Assembly: GCA_963758635.1 (NCBI GenBank)
Contig: CAVWWD010000005.1
Coordinates: 96,001-160,000 of the forward strand
Direction: 5' to 3'
Source of the DNA: an uncultured Candidatus Rokubacteria bacterium
GTDB lineage: Bacteria > Methylomirabilota > Methylomirabilia > Rokubacteriales > CSP1-6
Length of the DNA stretch: 64,000 bases
A program made the position numbers and the translations under genes. Each line of letters starts with the position of its first letter. Within the stretch, counting starts at the first letter, position 1. Under the pieces are notes generated by a model. That model did not search any database, was not told the DNA's origin, and saw only the letters and a program-made list of their open reading frames with translations. Shown here one piece after another: positions 1 through 10,118 of this stretch.

Positions 1-1113
1 GCGGTGGACGCGCCGGGCGCGCCCCACGACCTCTACGCGCTGGCCGAGCCTCCGCTCGCCGCCGACCTCGGCAAGAAGGTCGATCTCCTGCGTCAGGTGG
101 ACGCCGCCGCGCGCGCCGCCGACCCGCGGGTGCGCCAGGTCATCGCGACGATCGCGAGCGAGGAGCTCGTCATCCTGATCGTGACGCCGTCCGGCTTCGC
201 CGTGGGCGACGTGCGCCCGCTGACGCGGCTCAACGTCACCGTGATCGCCGAGGACGCGGGCAAGCGCGAGTCGGGCAGCTTCGGGGGCGGGGGCCGCGTC
301 GGCTTCGACTTCTTCCTGGAAGACGCGCGCTGGCGGCGCTTCGCCACCGAGGCGGCGCGCCAGGCCATCATCAAGCTCGGAGCGGTGGACGCGCCGGCCG
401 GCACGCTGACCGTGGTGCTCGGCCCGGGCTGGCCGGGCATCCTGCTCCACGAGGCGGTGGGCCACGGCCTCGAGGGCGACTTCAACCGCAAGGGGACCTC
501 GGCGTTCTCGGGGCGCGTCGGCCAGAGAGTCGCGTCCGAGCTGGTCACGGTGGTGGACGACGGCACCATCGCCAACCGGCGCGGGTCGCTCAACGTGGAC
601 GACGAGGGCGTGCCCACGGGCCGGAACGTGCTCATCGAGAACGGCGTCCTGCGCGGGTACATGCAGGACCGGCTGAACGCGCGCCTGATGGGCACGGCGC
701 CCACGGGCAACGGCCGCCGCGAGTCGTTCGCGCACCCCCCGATGCCGCGCATGACCAACACGTTCATGCTCGCCGGCCCGGACGACCCCGCGGACATCAT
801 CCGCTCGGTGCCACGCGGCCTCTACGCCGTCAACTTCGGCGGCGGCCAGGTCGACATCACGAGCGGGCGGTTCGTGTTCTCGGCGAGCGAGGCGTACCTC
901 ATCGAGGACGGGCGCGTCACCGCGCCGGTCAAGGGGGCCACGCTGATCGGCAACGGGCCCGAGGCCCTCACGCGGGTGACGCGCGTGGGCAGCGATCTCC
1001 GCCTCGACGAGGGCATCGGCACGTGCGGCAAGGACGGGCAGTCCGTCCCCGTGGGCGTGGGCCTGCCCACGATCCGGATCGACGGCATGACGGTCGGCGG
1101 CACCCAGGTATGA
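1..1113 (+). CDS. tldD: Metalloprotease TldD (5' end probably outside the window)
   Basis: HEAVGH zinc motif, PRMTNT and the C-terminal CGKDGQ motif typical of TldD; followed by pmbA. Confidence 0.95.
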   Translation, partial: AVDAPGAPHDLYALAEPPLAADLGKKVDLLRQVDAAARAADPRVRQVIATIASEELVILIVTPSGFAVGDVRPLTRLNVTVIAEDAGKRESGSFGGGGRVGFDFFLEDARWRRFATEAARQAIIKLGAVDAPAGTLTVVLGPGWPGILLHEAVGHGLEGDFNRKGTSAFSGRVGQRVASELVTVVDDGTIANRRGSLNVDDEGVPTGRNVLIENGVLRGYMQDRLNARLMGTAPTGNGRRESFAHPPMPRMTNTFMLAGPDDPADIIRSVPRGLYAVNFGGGQVDITSGRFVFSASEAYLIEDGRVTAPVKGATLIGNGPEALTRVTRVGSDLRLDEGIGTCGKDGQSVPVGVGLPTIRIDGMTVGGTQV

Positions 1114-1133
1114 CGGGGGCGCCGGCCGACCGT

Positions 1134-1219
1134 GTTGTGAAGGAACGCGGGTTTTGACACCGGCGAGCGGGCCAACACCTCGATTCTGCGTACACGGGGA
1201 GTGCCGTATCGCCATTCAT
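1134..1219. repeat. ~85-bp intergenic hairpin repeat, family A, copy 1
   Basis: Near-identical to 4954-5038 (GTTGTG.AGGAA.GCGG...CGGCGAGCGGGCCAACACC.CGA.TCTGCGTACACG.GGAGTGCCGT..CGCCATTCAT). Confidence 0.9.
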
Positions 1220-1239
1220 CGAGGTCCAGCTTCGCGCGC

Positions 1240-2574
1240 ATGATCGACCTGCTCCAGGAGGTGCTGGGTCGGGCCACCACGCGCGGCGCCACCGCCGCCG
1301 ACGCCTACGTGGTGGAGAGCCAGTCCTTCTCGGCGCAGGTGCGGCTGGGCGAGGTCGAGACGGTCAAGCACGCGCGCGAGCAGCACCTCGCGCTCCGCGT
1401 GTTCGTGGGAGGCGCGGTCGCCGCCACGTCCACGTCCGACTTCTCCCGGGACTCCCTCGGCCGGCTCGTGGAGGAGGCGGTGTCCCTCGCGCGTCTCACG
1501 AGCCCCGACGAGCTGGCCGGCCTTCCCGACGCCGGCGACCTGGCGGGGCGGCTCCCCGAGCTGGACCTCCACGACCCCGACGGCCACGGCCTCGCCCCCG
1601 AGGAGAAGATCGAGCTGGCGCGGCGCTGCGAGCGCGCGGCCCTGGACTCGGACCCGCGCATCAAGAACTCCGAGGGCGGGGACTTCTCCGACGGCAGCGC
1701 GCGCTACGCCTACGCGACCAGCCACGGGTTCGCCGGCACGTACGCCACGTCCTCGTTCAGCCTCGCCGCATCGCCCGTCGCCGTTGCCGACACCGAGATG
1801 CAGCGCGACGGCTGGTATCACGTCAGCAGGAAGCGCGCGCGGCTGGACACGCCGGAGTCGATCGGGCAGACGGCGGCGCGGCGCGCGCTCCGCCGGCTGG
1901 GCGCGCGGCGGGTCAAGACCGCCGAGGTGCCGGTCGTGTTCGACCCCGACATGGCCGCGGGCCTGCTGCGTCACATCGCGGGCGCCGCGTCGGGGCCCGC
2001 GCTCTACCGTGGGGCCTCGTTCCTGATGAAGCGGCTCGGCCAGAGGATCGCCGCGCCCTCCGTCACCATCGTCGACGACGGCACCGTGCCGGGCGCGCTC
2101 GGCTCGCGGCCCTTCGACGGCGAGGGGCTGCCCATCCGCCGCACCACGCTCGTGGACCGCGGCGTGCTCGCCTCGTATCTCCTCGACACCTACAGCGGGC
2201 GGAAGCTCGGCCTGCCATCCACGCACCACGCCGCGCGCGACGGCAGCGGCGTGTCGGTGTCCACCACCAACCTCTTCCTCGCCGCCGGGGACACCGACCC
2301 CCGCGACCTCATCGCGAGCGTGAAGAGCGGGCTCTACGTCACCGAGCTGATCGGGTTCGGCGTCAACGGGGTCACGGGCGACTACTCGCGGGGGGCCGTC
2401 GGGCTGTGGATCGACAACGGCGAGCTGGCCTACCCGGTGGAGGAGATCACGGTGGCGGGAAACCTTCTCGAGATGTTCCAGGCGATCGAAGGCGTCGGCA
2501 ACGACCTCGTGCTCCGCGACCGCACGTCGGCGCCCACCCTGCTCGTGGGCAAGATGGTGGTCGCCGGCTCATGA
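1240..2574 (+). CDS. pmbA: PmbA/TldE, non-catalytic partner of TldD
   Basis: FDGEG motif and G(V)NGVTGDYSRG; no HExxH; directly after tldD; ATG at 1240 chosen. Confidence 0.92.
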   Translation: MIDLLQEVLGRATTRGATAADAYVVESQSFSAQVRLGEVETVKHAREQHLALRVFVGGAVAATSTSDFSRDSLGRLVEEAVSLARLTSPDELAGLPDAGDLAGRLPELDLHDPDGHGLAPEEKIELARRCERAALDSDPRIKNSEGGDFSDGSARYAYATSHGFAGTYATSSFSLAASPVAVADTEMQRDGWYHVSRKRARLDTPESIGQTAARRALRRLGARRVKTAEVPVVFDPDMAAGLLRHIAGAASGPALYRGASFLMKRLGQRIAAPSVTIVDDGTVPGALGSRPFDGEGLPIRRTTLVDRGVLASYLLDTYSGRKLGLPSTHHAARDGSGVSVSTTNLFLAAGDTDPRDLIASVKSGLYVTELIGFGVNGVTGDYSRGAVGLWIDNGELAYPVEEITVAGNLLEMFQAIEGVGNDLVLRDRTSAPTLLVGKMVVAGS

Positions 2575-3356
2575 TCATCGACACGCACTGTCACCTGCAC
2601 GACGACGCCTTCGCCGACGTCGCGGGGACGCTGGCGCGCGCCCGCGAGCACGAGGTGTGGGGCGTGATCGCGGTGGGCTGCGACGAGCCCACCAACCGCC
2701 GCACGCTCGAGGCCGCGCTCGGCAACAGCAAGGCGGTGTGGCCGGCGCTGGGCTTCCACCCCGAGCGCACCGCGCTCGGCGACGCCGACCTCGAGCAGGT
2801 CGAGGCCCAGGTGCTGGCGAACCACGCGCGCATGGTCGCCCTCGGCGAGGTGGGCCTGCCGTGGTACAGCCTGGAGGGCGCCGCCGACCCCGTGCCGCTG
2901 ATGACGCGCGGGCGGGGGCGCCTGGGCCGCCTGCTTCGCCTCGCCAACCGCTTCGACCTGCCGGTGATCCTGCACGCGCCGCACGCGGCCGCCGCCCACG
3001 CGCTGGAGGCGCTCAGGGACGCGCACGTCGAGCGCGCGGTGTTCCACTGGCACAAGGCGCCCGCCGACGTGACCCGCGACATCGTGGCCGCCGGCTACCT
3101 CGTGTCGGTGACGCCCGAGGTGGTCTACCGGGACCGCGACCGCGAGCTGGTGGAGATGGTCCCGCTCGACTCGCTCCTCGTGGAGAGCGACGCGCCGTGG
3201 CCGTACAAGGGGGAGTTCGAGGCCGCCGGCTCCGGCCCGTGGCTCGTCTCGCGCGTGGCGGAAGAGGTGGCGAAGATCAAGCGGCTCCCCGTCGAGGAGA
3301 CCATGTACCGCCTCTCCGTCAACGCCTGCCGCCTGTTCGACCTCGTCTGGTCATAG
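2571..3356 (+). CDS. TatD-family hydrolase/nuclease
   Basis: DTHCH, GFHP, GEVGL and ESD motifs; ATGA overlap with the pmbA stop. Confidence 0.88.
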   Translation: MIIDTHCHLHDDAFADVAGTLARAREHEVWGVIAVGCDEPTNRRTLEAALGNSKAVWPALGFHPERTALGDADLEQVEAQVLANHARMVALGEVGLPWYSLEGAADPVPLMTRGRGRLGRLLRLANRFDLPVILHAPHAAAAHALEALRDAHVERAVFHWHKAPADVTRDIVAAGYLVSVTPEVVYRDRDRELVEMVPLDSLLVESDAPWPYKGEFEAAGSGPWLVSRVAEEVAKIKRLPVEETMYRLSVNACRLFDLVWS

Positions 3357-3359
3357 ATC

Positions 3360-3384
3360 GGAGGGGGCCTCGACGGCCCCCTCC
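3360..3384. terminator. GC hairpin (REP- or terminator-like) between convergent genes
   Basis: GGAGGGGGCC-TCGAC-GGCCCCCTCC perfect 10-bp stem, no U-tract. Confidence 0.45.
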
Positions 3385-3412
3385 CCGCGCGAGGTGACCC
3401 GGCGGCGCTGAC

Positions 3413-4930
3413 TCAGGCGCGGGCGGCGGCGGGCTGGGCGAGGAAGGCGGCGGCGGAGTCGCCGGCGGTCTTGCCGAAGACCGCGCCCGACATCAGGCCG
3501 GTGCCGCCCGGGTAGTTGTGGTAGAAGAGCCCGCCGACCATCTCCCCCGCCGCGAAGAGGCCGGGGATCGGACGATCCTCGGTGTCCAGCACCCGCGCCC
3601 CGGTGTCGACGCGCAGCCCGCCGAACGTGAACGTGATCCCGCAGGTGACGCCGAAGCCCACGTAGGGCGGCGAGTCGAGCGGCACCGCCCAGTTCGACTT
3701 CGGCGGCGTGATGCCCACCGTGCACTTGCCGTCGAGGATGGCCGGGTTGAACGGCACGTCCTTGATCGACGCGTTGAACTCGCGCACCGTGCGGGCGAGC
3801 CCTTCGGGATCGATGTCGAGCTGGCGCGCGAGGTCCTCGATGGTGCTCGCCTCGCCCTTGGTGACCTGGCGGATGCGGTACTCCTCGCGCAGCAGCTCGA
3901 CGGTCTTCTGGTCGAAGATCTGGAACGCCGCCCGCTGGGGCTGGCGGATGATCTCGCGGCCGTACTTCGCGTACGTGTAGTTGCGGAAGTCCGCGCCCTC
4001 GTCCACGAAGCGCTGGCCGTGGATGTTGACGATGAGCCCGAGCGGGTACGAGTGCTTCTGGAACATGTCGCCCACCGTGCGGTCGCCGAAGGGCGGCGAC
4101 GCCAGGTCCCACGCCACCGCGTGGCACGAGGACCAGTGCCCGAAGGGCTGCGCGCCGACCTCGAGGGCCATGCGGATGCCGTCGCCGGTGTTGTGCCGCG
4201 TCCCGCGCACGCGCGCGAGGTCCCAGTCGCGCCCGAGGTAGCGGGTCCGCCACTCCGGGTTGGCCTCGAAGCCGCCGGCGGCGAGGACGACCGATCGGCA
4301 GGGTATCTCATGGAAGCCCGTCGCGTCCCGGGTCACCACCGCGCGGATGGCGCCCGCGTCGTCGAGCTTGAGCGCGCGCACGCCCTCGCCGTACCGCACG
4401 GTGATGCCGACGGCGGCGGCGCGGTCGTACCCCCACTGCACGAGCCCGGGGCCGCCCCCGACCGCCTCCATCGCCATGCCCCCGAAGAAGTGGTGCCGGT
4501 CGCCGACCTTGTAGGCCTGGCGGCCGAACATGAGGATCCATCGGAGGCCTTGCTCGCGCATCCACACCACGGTGGGCCGGGACCGGCGCACGAGGTGCGT
4601 CGCGAGGTCGGCGTCGGCCAGTCCCTCGGTCACGCGCATGAGGTCGTCCAGGTACTGGCTCTCCGGGTAGGGGGGCAGCTCGATGGACTTGGCCTCCCAC
4701 TCCGTCACGTCCGGGATGACGTCGCGGCGGACGTCCTCGAGGCCCTGGTGGGCGAAGCGGAACCCGCCCGCGGTGAAGAACGAGTTGCCGCCGCGCTCCG
4801 GCTCCGGCGCCTTCTCGAGGACGAGCACCGAGCGCCCGGCCTCACGCGCCGCGATGGCCGCGCACAGCGCGGCGTTGCCGCCACCCACCACCACGAGATC
4901 GTAGCTTCCGTGTCCGTCCTGTCGGCTCAT
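3413..4930 (-). CDS. tcuA: FAD-dependent tricarballylate dehydrogenase (TcuA/CobZ family)
   Basis: VVVGGGNAALCAA FAD motif, GGNSFFTAG, GITFTFGGL, NYPGGTGLMSGAVFG. Confidence 0.85.
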   Translation of the reverse strand: MSRQDGHGSYDLVVVGGGNAALCAAIAAREAGRSVLVLEKAPEPERGGNSFFTAGGFRFAHQGLEDVRRDVIPDVTEWEAKSIELPPYPESQYLDDLMRVTEGLADADLATHLVRRSRPTVVWMREQGLRWILMFGRQAYKVGDRHHFFGGMAMEAVGGGPGLVQWGYDRAAAVGITVRYGEGVRALKLDDAGAIRAVVTRDATGFHEIPCRSVVLAAGGFEANPEWRTRYLGRDWDLARVRGTRHNTGDGIRMALEVGAQPFGHWSSCHAVAWDLASPPFGDRTVGDMFQKHSYPLGLIVNIHGQRFVDEGADFRNYTYAKYGREIIRQPQRAAFQIFDQKTVELLREEYRIRQVTKGEASTIEDLARQLDIDPEGLARTVREFNASIKDVPFNPAILDGKCTVGITPPKSNWAVPLDSPPYVGFGVTCGITFTFGGLRVDTGARVLDTEDRPIPGLFAAGEMVGGLFYHNYPGGTGLMSGAVFGKTAGDSAAAFLAQPAAARA

Positions 4931-4953
4931 GAGGGTCAAGCGCTCCTGTCCAG

Positions 4954-5038
4954 GTTGTGGAGGAATGCGGATGTTGACGTCGGCGAGCGGGCCAACACCG
5001 CGACTCTGCGTACACGCGGAGTGCCGTTCGCCATTCAT
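4954..5038. repeat. ~85-bp intergenic hairpin repeat, family A, copy 2
   Basis: Homologous to 1134-1219; its end overlaps the uppP stop codon. Confidence 0.9.
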
Positions 5039-5835
5039 TCATGTCCCCTGTCGGCGAACATGAGGATGACGAGGCCAAGGGCCACGCGATACCAGCCGAA
5101 GCCCACGAAGGTATGGGTCCTGACGAAGCGAAGCAGCCAGCGGACGACGAGGAGGGCGGCGAGGGCGGCGACGACGGTGCCGACCGCCACCATGGCCCAG
5201 TCCGTGGGCTCGGCGCCCGGGTGCCGCAGGCTCCGCGCCGCCTCGAACGCGCCGGCGGCGAGCAGCGTCGGCAGGCCCACGAGGAACGAGAACTCGGTGG
5301 CCGCGGGCCGGCTCAACCCCAGGCCCAGCGCCACGAGGATGGTGGCGGCGGAGCGGGAGGTGCCCGGGAACATGCCCGCCACGAGCTGGGCGATGCCGAC
5401 GGCCACGGCGATCGCCCACGTCACCTCGGCGGCCATCGGCCGGCCGCGCAGCCAGCGCTCGGCGGCGAGGATCACGACGCCGCCGAGAAGCGTGGCCCAG
5501 GCCACGGGGCCGCCGGTCTTCGGCAGGCTCCACCCGAGGCGGCGCACCACGAGCAGCCCCACGCCGGTGATGACGACGGCGATGAGGAGCTTGCCGAGGA
5601 ACGAGCGGGCGTCCCGCTCACGGAAGCGGGCGAAGAGGCCGCCGAGCCGGCCCGCGAACACCGCGATCAGCGCCGCGCACGTGCCCGACTGGATCACGAT
5701 GTTGAAGACGTCGGTCTGGCGCGGGAGCCCGCCCACCGTCTCGGCGAGGAGCAGGTGACCCGTGGACGAGACCGGCAGGAACTCCGTGAGGCCCTCGATG
5801 AGCCCGAGGGCGACGGCGGCCAGCCAGTCGGGCAC
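5035..5835 (-). CDS. uppP: Undecaprenyl-diphosphate phosphatase
   Basis: EGLTEFLPVSSTGH and PGTSRSAAT motifs. Confidence 0.95.
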   Translation of the reverse strand: MPDWLAAVALGLIEGLTEFLPVSSTGHLLLAETVGGLPRQTDVFNIVIQSGTCAALIAVFAGRLGGLFARFRERDARSFLGKLLIAVVITGVGLLVVRRLGWSLPKTGGPVAWATLLGGVVILAAERWLRGRPMAAEVTWAIAVAVGIAQLVAGMFPGTSRSAATILVALGLGLSRPAATEFSFLVGLPTLLAAGAFEAARSLRHPGAEPTDWAMVAVGTVVAALAALLVVRWLLRFVRTHTFVGFGWYRVALGLVILMFADRGHE

Positions 5836-5838
5836 CCG

Positions 5839-6666
5839 CTACCCCACGATCTCTTCGCCCCCGTCCACCCCGATCACGTTGCCCGTCATCCAGTAGGTGT
5901 CGGGGTGCGACAGCACCACGATGGCCCGGGCGACGTCCTCGGTGGTGGTCAGGCGCCGGTGGGGATTCCGCTCGGCGGCACGGCGGGAGAACGTCTCGTA
6001 GTTCGGGATGGCCTTCGCGGCCGGCGTCGCGGTGACGCCGGCCCGGATCGAGTTCGCGGTGATCCCGAGCGGGGCCAGCTCGGCGGCGAGCTGGCGGATG
6101 TTCGACTCCAGCGCGGCCTTGGCCGCGGACACCGGCCCGTAATGGGGCAGCACCCGCGCCGACCCCGACAACGTCATGGCGAAGATGCGCCCGCCCTCGC
6201 CCATGAGGCCGCGCCCCACCAGCTCCTGCGCCCAGTAGATGAGGCTGTGGGCCATCACGTCGAGGGTCATGTCCATCTGGGCCTTGGTGACGGCTTCCTT
6301 CATCGGATCGCTCACGAAGAGCTTGAGGGTGCCGAAGGCCAGCGAGTGGAGCATCACGCGCGCCTGGCCGAGCTGTCCGCGCTCGCGCAGCACGCGCTCC
6401 ATCTCCGTGGCGACCTCGGCGCGCCGCTCCTCGTCGGCGGCGTTGATGTTGAAGAAGTGCGCCTCGCGGCCGAGCGCGCGGATCTCGCCGGTGATGCGAT
6501 CGACGTTGCCGCGCGTGGCGCGGCGGTCGAGGTGGACGCCGAAGATGTCGAGGCCGGCGCGGGCGAGGGCGAGCGCGGTGGCCTCGCCGAAGCCGGAGGA
6601 GGCTCCGAGGATCAGGGCCCAGCCGTCGAGCCGGATGGCCGGCGCGGGGCCGGTCACGAGCGCCAC
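5839..6666 (-). CDS. SDR oxidoreductase, FabL-like enoyl-ACP reductase
   Basis: GASSGFG Rossmann motif, YGPVSAAK, C-terminal VDGG. Confidence 0.75.
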   Translation of the reverse strand: MALVTGPAPAIRLDGWALILGASSGFGEATALALARAGLDIFGVHLDRRATRGNVDRITGEIRALGREAHFFNINAADEERRAEVATEMERVLRERGQLGQARVMLHSLAFGTLKLFVSDPMKEAVTKAQMDMTLDVMAHSLIYWAQELVGRGLMGEGGRIFAMTLSGSARVLPHYGPVSAAKAALESNIRQLAAELAPLGITANSIRAGVTATPAAKAIPNYETFSRRAAERNPHRRLTTTEDVARAIVVLSHPDTYWMTGNVIGVDGGEEIVG

Positions 6667-6764
6667 TTCCCGCGGCGAAGCGTCATCGCGAGGGGAATCT
6701 TATCATCAAGCCGCGAGCGGCGGCTTCACCGGCTCGCGGGCGCGGTGCTACCATATGGGCGCTC

Positions 6765-7496
6765 ATGGCCAGGACGGCGAGCATCGTCCTCATCGGCAAC
6801 GAGATCCTGTCCGGCAAGGTGGTGGACGCGAACGCCTCCTACCTCTGCCGGGAACTGCGAGCCCTCGGCGTCGAGGTTCGCAAGATCACCGTGATTCCCG
6901 ACGAGGTCGACCTGATCGCCGCCGAGGTCGCGGCGGCGAGCCGGGCGTCGGACGTGGTCTTCACCTCGGGCGGCGTGGGCCCGACCCACGACGACGTGAC
7001 CATGGACGGCGTGGCACAGGCCATCGGCGTGCCGGTCGTCCGGGACGAGCGCCTGGTCGCCCTGATCACGCGCTACGCGAAGGGCGCGGTCACCGAGGCG
7101 CGCCTGCGCATGGCCCTGATCCCCGAGGGGGCGGAGCTGGTGGAGGCCGAGCAGCTCATGTTCCCGGTGGTGCTGGCGCGCAACATCTACATCCTGCCCG
7201 GCGTGCCCGAGATCTTCCGGCAGAAGTTCGACGCCGTACGCGAGCGCTTCCGGGAGACGCCGTTCTTCCTGACCAGCGTGTTCGTGGACATGGGCGAGGG
7301 CACGCTCGCCGACTACCTGAACGAGCTGCTCCGCCACCATCCGCGGCTCCAGCTGGGCTCGTACCCCGAGTTCTCGAACCCCGAGTACAAGGTGAAGGTC
7401 ACGCTCGAGTCGAAGGATCGCGAGCTGATGGAGCGGGCCGTCACCCATTTCCTCAGCCGGCTCCCCGCCGCTTCCGTCGTCCGCGTGGAACGCTGA
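6765..7496 (+). CDS. CinA-like molybdopterin-binding-domain protein
   Basis: IGNEILSGKVVDAN, SGGVGPTHDDVT and LPGVP motifs. Confidence 0.85.
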   Translation: MARTASIVLIGNEILSGKVVDANASYLCRELRALGVEVRKITVIPDEVDLIAAEVAAASRASDVVFTSGGVGPTHDDVTMDGVAQAIGVPVVRDERLVALITRYAKGAVTEARLRMALIPEGAELVEAEQLMFPVVLARNIYILPGVPEIFRQKFDAVRERFRETPFFLTSVFVDMGEGTLADYLNELLRHHPRLQLGSYPEFSNPEYKVKVTLESKDRELMERAVTHFLSRLPAASVVRVER

Positions 7497-7524
7497 CGCC
7501 GCGTCCCGACGGCCTCCCGCCGGC

Positions 7525-9258
7525 ATGACGGCCCGGGTCCTGCTCGCGGTGGCGGTGGTGGCCGCCGCGCTCTTCTTCGTCGGCCTCGACCAGCCGCCGT
7601 TCATCGATCCCCCCGAGGGCTTCCACGCCGCGGTGGCCCGCGAGATGCTCGCCGGCGGCGACTGGATCACGCCCCGCATCAACGGTGTCCGCTACTTCGA
7701 CAAGCCCCCGCTCCTCTACTGGCTGATGGCGACGGGCTTCGCCACGCTCGGGCTCTCGCCCGCGGTGGCGCGGCTCGCGTCGGTGCTCCCCGCGGTGGGC
7801 GTCGCCGTGGTCACCGCGTGGATCGGCCTCCGCCTGGGCGGGGCGCGCCTCGGGCTCCTCGCCGGGCTCATCGTCGCCGCGAACCTCGAGCTCTTCCTGT
7901 ACGCGCGCCTCGTCAAGCCGGACCTCCTCATGGTCCTGGCCATCGTCTGCGCGTTCGCGGCGTTCCTGGAAGCGTACGGCGTGGGCCGCCGGGGCGCGGT
8001 CCCGCTGTTCTACGCGAGCCTGGGCGCGGCCGCGCTCGCGAAGGACATCCTCGGGGCGATCGGGCCGCTCCTCGTCGTCGCGGTGTTCCTCGCCGTGACC
8101 GGGGAGCGCGCGCAGCTCGCCCAATGGCGCCCGTGGCACGGCCTCGCCGTCCTCGCCGCCGTGGTCCTGCCCTGGTACGGCGCCATGGAGATCGCCAACC
8201 CGGGGTTCCTCTGGTACACGGTCGTCGACAACCACGCGCTCAACATCGCGCAGCACCGCGTGTTCCCCGACGAGGACGTCCCCCTGGGCGCGCTGGAGTT
8301 CCTCGGCGTCACCGCGGTGGGGTTCTTGCCGTGGACGGCGGCGCTGCCGTGGGCGGTGTGGCGCGCGCTCCGGGGACCATGGGACTCGGTGGAGCGGCGG
8401 GCGTGGCTGCTCCTGGGGATGTGGACGACCCTCGTGCTCGGGGTCTTCACCCTCTCGCCGTTCAAGCTTCCGCACTACGGGCTGCCCGCGTTCCCCGCGA
8501 TGGCGCTCCTCGTGGCCAAGCTCTGGAACGACGTGCTGGACGGCGATCCGCCCGCCGTGCGCGCGATGCTCGTGCCCGCGCTCATCACGCTGATCGCCGT
8601 CGCCATCGCCGCGTACCTCGGGTCCGAGGGGCGGCTCGCGCTTCCGGGCGACGCGCTGTCCACCGTCAACGTCGCCACGCGGAACCTGGCCGCGCGCGGC
8701 CAGGACGCGCCGTTCGCCACCGCGGCGGCGATCCGCCCGATCCTCGGCACGCTCGCCCTGATCTTCGGCGCGGGCGCGGTGGCGGTGGCGGCGGCGCTGG
8801 CGCTCGAGCGGCTGCAGATCGGGCTCGGCGTGCTCCTCGCCGTGATGCTGGCGGGGCTGCCCGTCACGGTGCAGGGCGTGGCCGCGTTCGCGGAGAGCCG
8901 GTCGCTCCGGCCCCTCGCCGAGGCGGTGGCCCTGCGCGCCGGGCCCCGTGACGTGCTCGTGCACGAGGGGCCGCTCGAGAACAGCGCGTCGTGGCTCCTC
9001 GGCCTCCCGCGCGGGCGCGAGCCGGTGCGGATCGTGAACGGGCGCCAGTCGAACCTCGCGGTGGGCGCCACGTACCCGGAGGCGCGCGCGATCTTCTGGG
9101 ACGGCCGGCGCCTCGCCGAGAGCTGGCGCGGCGCCGAGCGCCTGTTCCTCATCTCCACGCTGCCGCCCGAGCGGAGCGCGACCCGCGATCTGCCTCCGGA
9201 CAGCGTCCACCTTCTCGCCGTCCGCGGCGGCCGCTGGCTCTACTCCAATCGGCAGTGA
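7525..9258 (+). CDS. ArnT/PMT-like (GT-C) membrane glycosyltransferase
   Basis: PPEG..AREM...DWITP..NG..YFDKPPLLYW; multi-TM; KLPHY motif. Confidence 0.85.
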   Translation: MTARVLLAVAVVAAALFFVGLDQPPFIDPPEGFHAAVAREMLAGGDWITPRINGVRYFDKPPLLYWLMATGFATLGLSPAVARLASVLPAVGVAVVTAWIGLRLGGARLGLLAGLIVAANLELFLYARLVKPDLLMVLAIVCAFAAFLEAYGVGRRGAVPLFYASLGAAALAKDILGAIGPLLVVAVFLAVTGERAQLAQWRPWHGLAVLAAVVLPWYGAMEIANPGFLWYTVVDNHALNIAQHRVFPDEDVPLGALEFLGVTAVGFLPWTAALPWAVWRALRGPWDSVERRAWLLLGMWTTLVLGVFTLSPFKLPHYGLPAFPAMALLVAKLWNDVLDGDPPAVRAMLVPALITLIAVAIAAYLGSEGRLALPGDALSTVNVATRNLAARGQDAPFATAAAIRPILGTLALIFGAGAVAVAAALALERLQIGLGVLLAVMLAGLPVTVQGVAAFAESRSLRPLAEAVALRAGPRDVLVHEGPLENSASWLLGLPRGREPVRIVNGRQSNLAVGATYPEARAIFWDGRRLAESWRGAERLFLISTLPPERSATRDLPPDSVHLLAVRGGRWLYSNRQ

Positions 9259-9389
9259 CGGGGCCGATGGCCGCGGCGGACGGTGGCTCCGCGCCGACCG
9301 GCAGGGACGGCGCGGGCGGCGTTCGGCCCGGTGCTATCCTTGCCGGGTCACGCCGCCCATCGGTGGCCGCGGCGGCGGGAGGGAGCGGC

Positions 9390-10118
9390 GTGGGAGGACG
9401 GCCGTACGAGATCAAGGACGATCCCTGGTCGAGCCACGGGATCATGCTCGCGCGGCTGGGCCCGGGCGGGGGCCGGCGCGTCCTCGACGTCGGCGCGGCC
9501 GACGGCTTCCTCTCCGAGCGGCTCGCCGCCTCCGGCTGGCGCGTCACCGCGCTCGAGCGCGACGCGCGGCAGGCCGCCGCCGCGGGCGGGCGCGCGCACA
9601 CGCTCGTCGTGGCGGACCTGGAGCAGGGCGTGCCGGCGCTGCCCGGACCGTTCGAGGCCATCGTGTGCGGGGACGTGCTCGAGCACCTGTCCGATCCCCT
9701 CGGCGTCCTTCGCGGCCTCACCGGGCACCTCGCCGCGGACGGCGTCGTCCTCGTCTCGGTGCCGAACGTCGCGCACCTCTGGATCCGGCTGTCGCTGCTC
9801 GCCGGACGCTTCGAGTACACGGACCGCGGCATCCTCGACCGCACGCACCTCCGTCACTTCACGCGGCGGACGTTCGTCGAGATGCTCCGCGACGCCGGCC
9901 TCGCGGTGAGTGAGCTCACCGCGACCCCGGTGCCCCTCGCCCTGGTGGTGCCGGAGCGCCTGCACGGGCGCTGGCTCGCCGCCGTCCAGCGGCTCGCCGC
10001 GGCGACGGCCCGCGGCTGGAAGGGCGGCCTCGCCTACCAGTTCGTGGCCGTCTGCCGGCCCGACGGCGCGCGCGCGCCGGCGGCGCCCGGCGCCGCCGCG
10101 CCCGCGCGACCGGCATGA
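9390..10118 (+). CDS. Class I SAM-dependent methyltransferase
   Basis: VLDVGAADG, DVLEHL and GILDRTHLRHFT motifs; start approximate. Confidence 0.8.
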   Translation: MGGRPYEIKDDPWSSHGIMLARLGPGGGRRVLDVGAADGFLSERLAASGWRVTALERDARQAAAAGGRAHTLVVADLEQGVPALPGPFEAIVCGDVLEHLSDPLGVLRGLTGHLAADGVVLVSVPNVAHLWIRLSLLAGRFEYTDRGILDRTHLRHFTRRTFVEMLRDAGLAVSELTATPVPLALVVPERLHGRWLAAVQRLAAATARGWKGGLAYQFVAVCRPDGARAPAAPGAAAPARPA

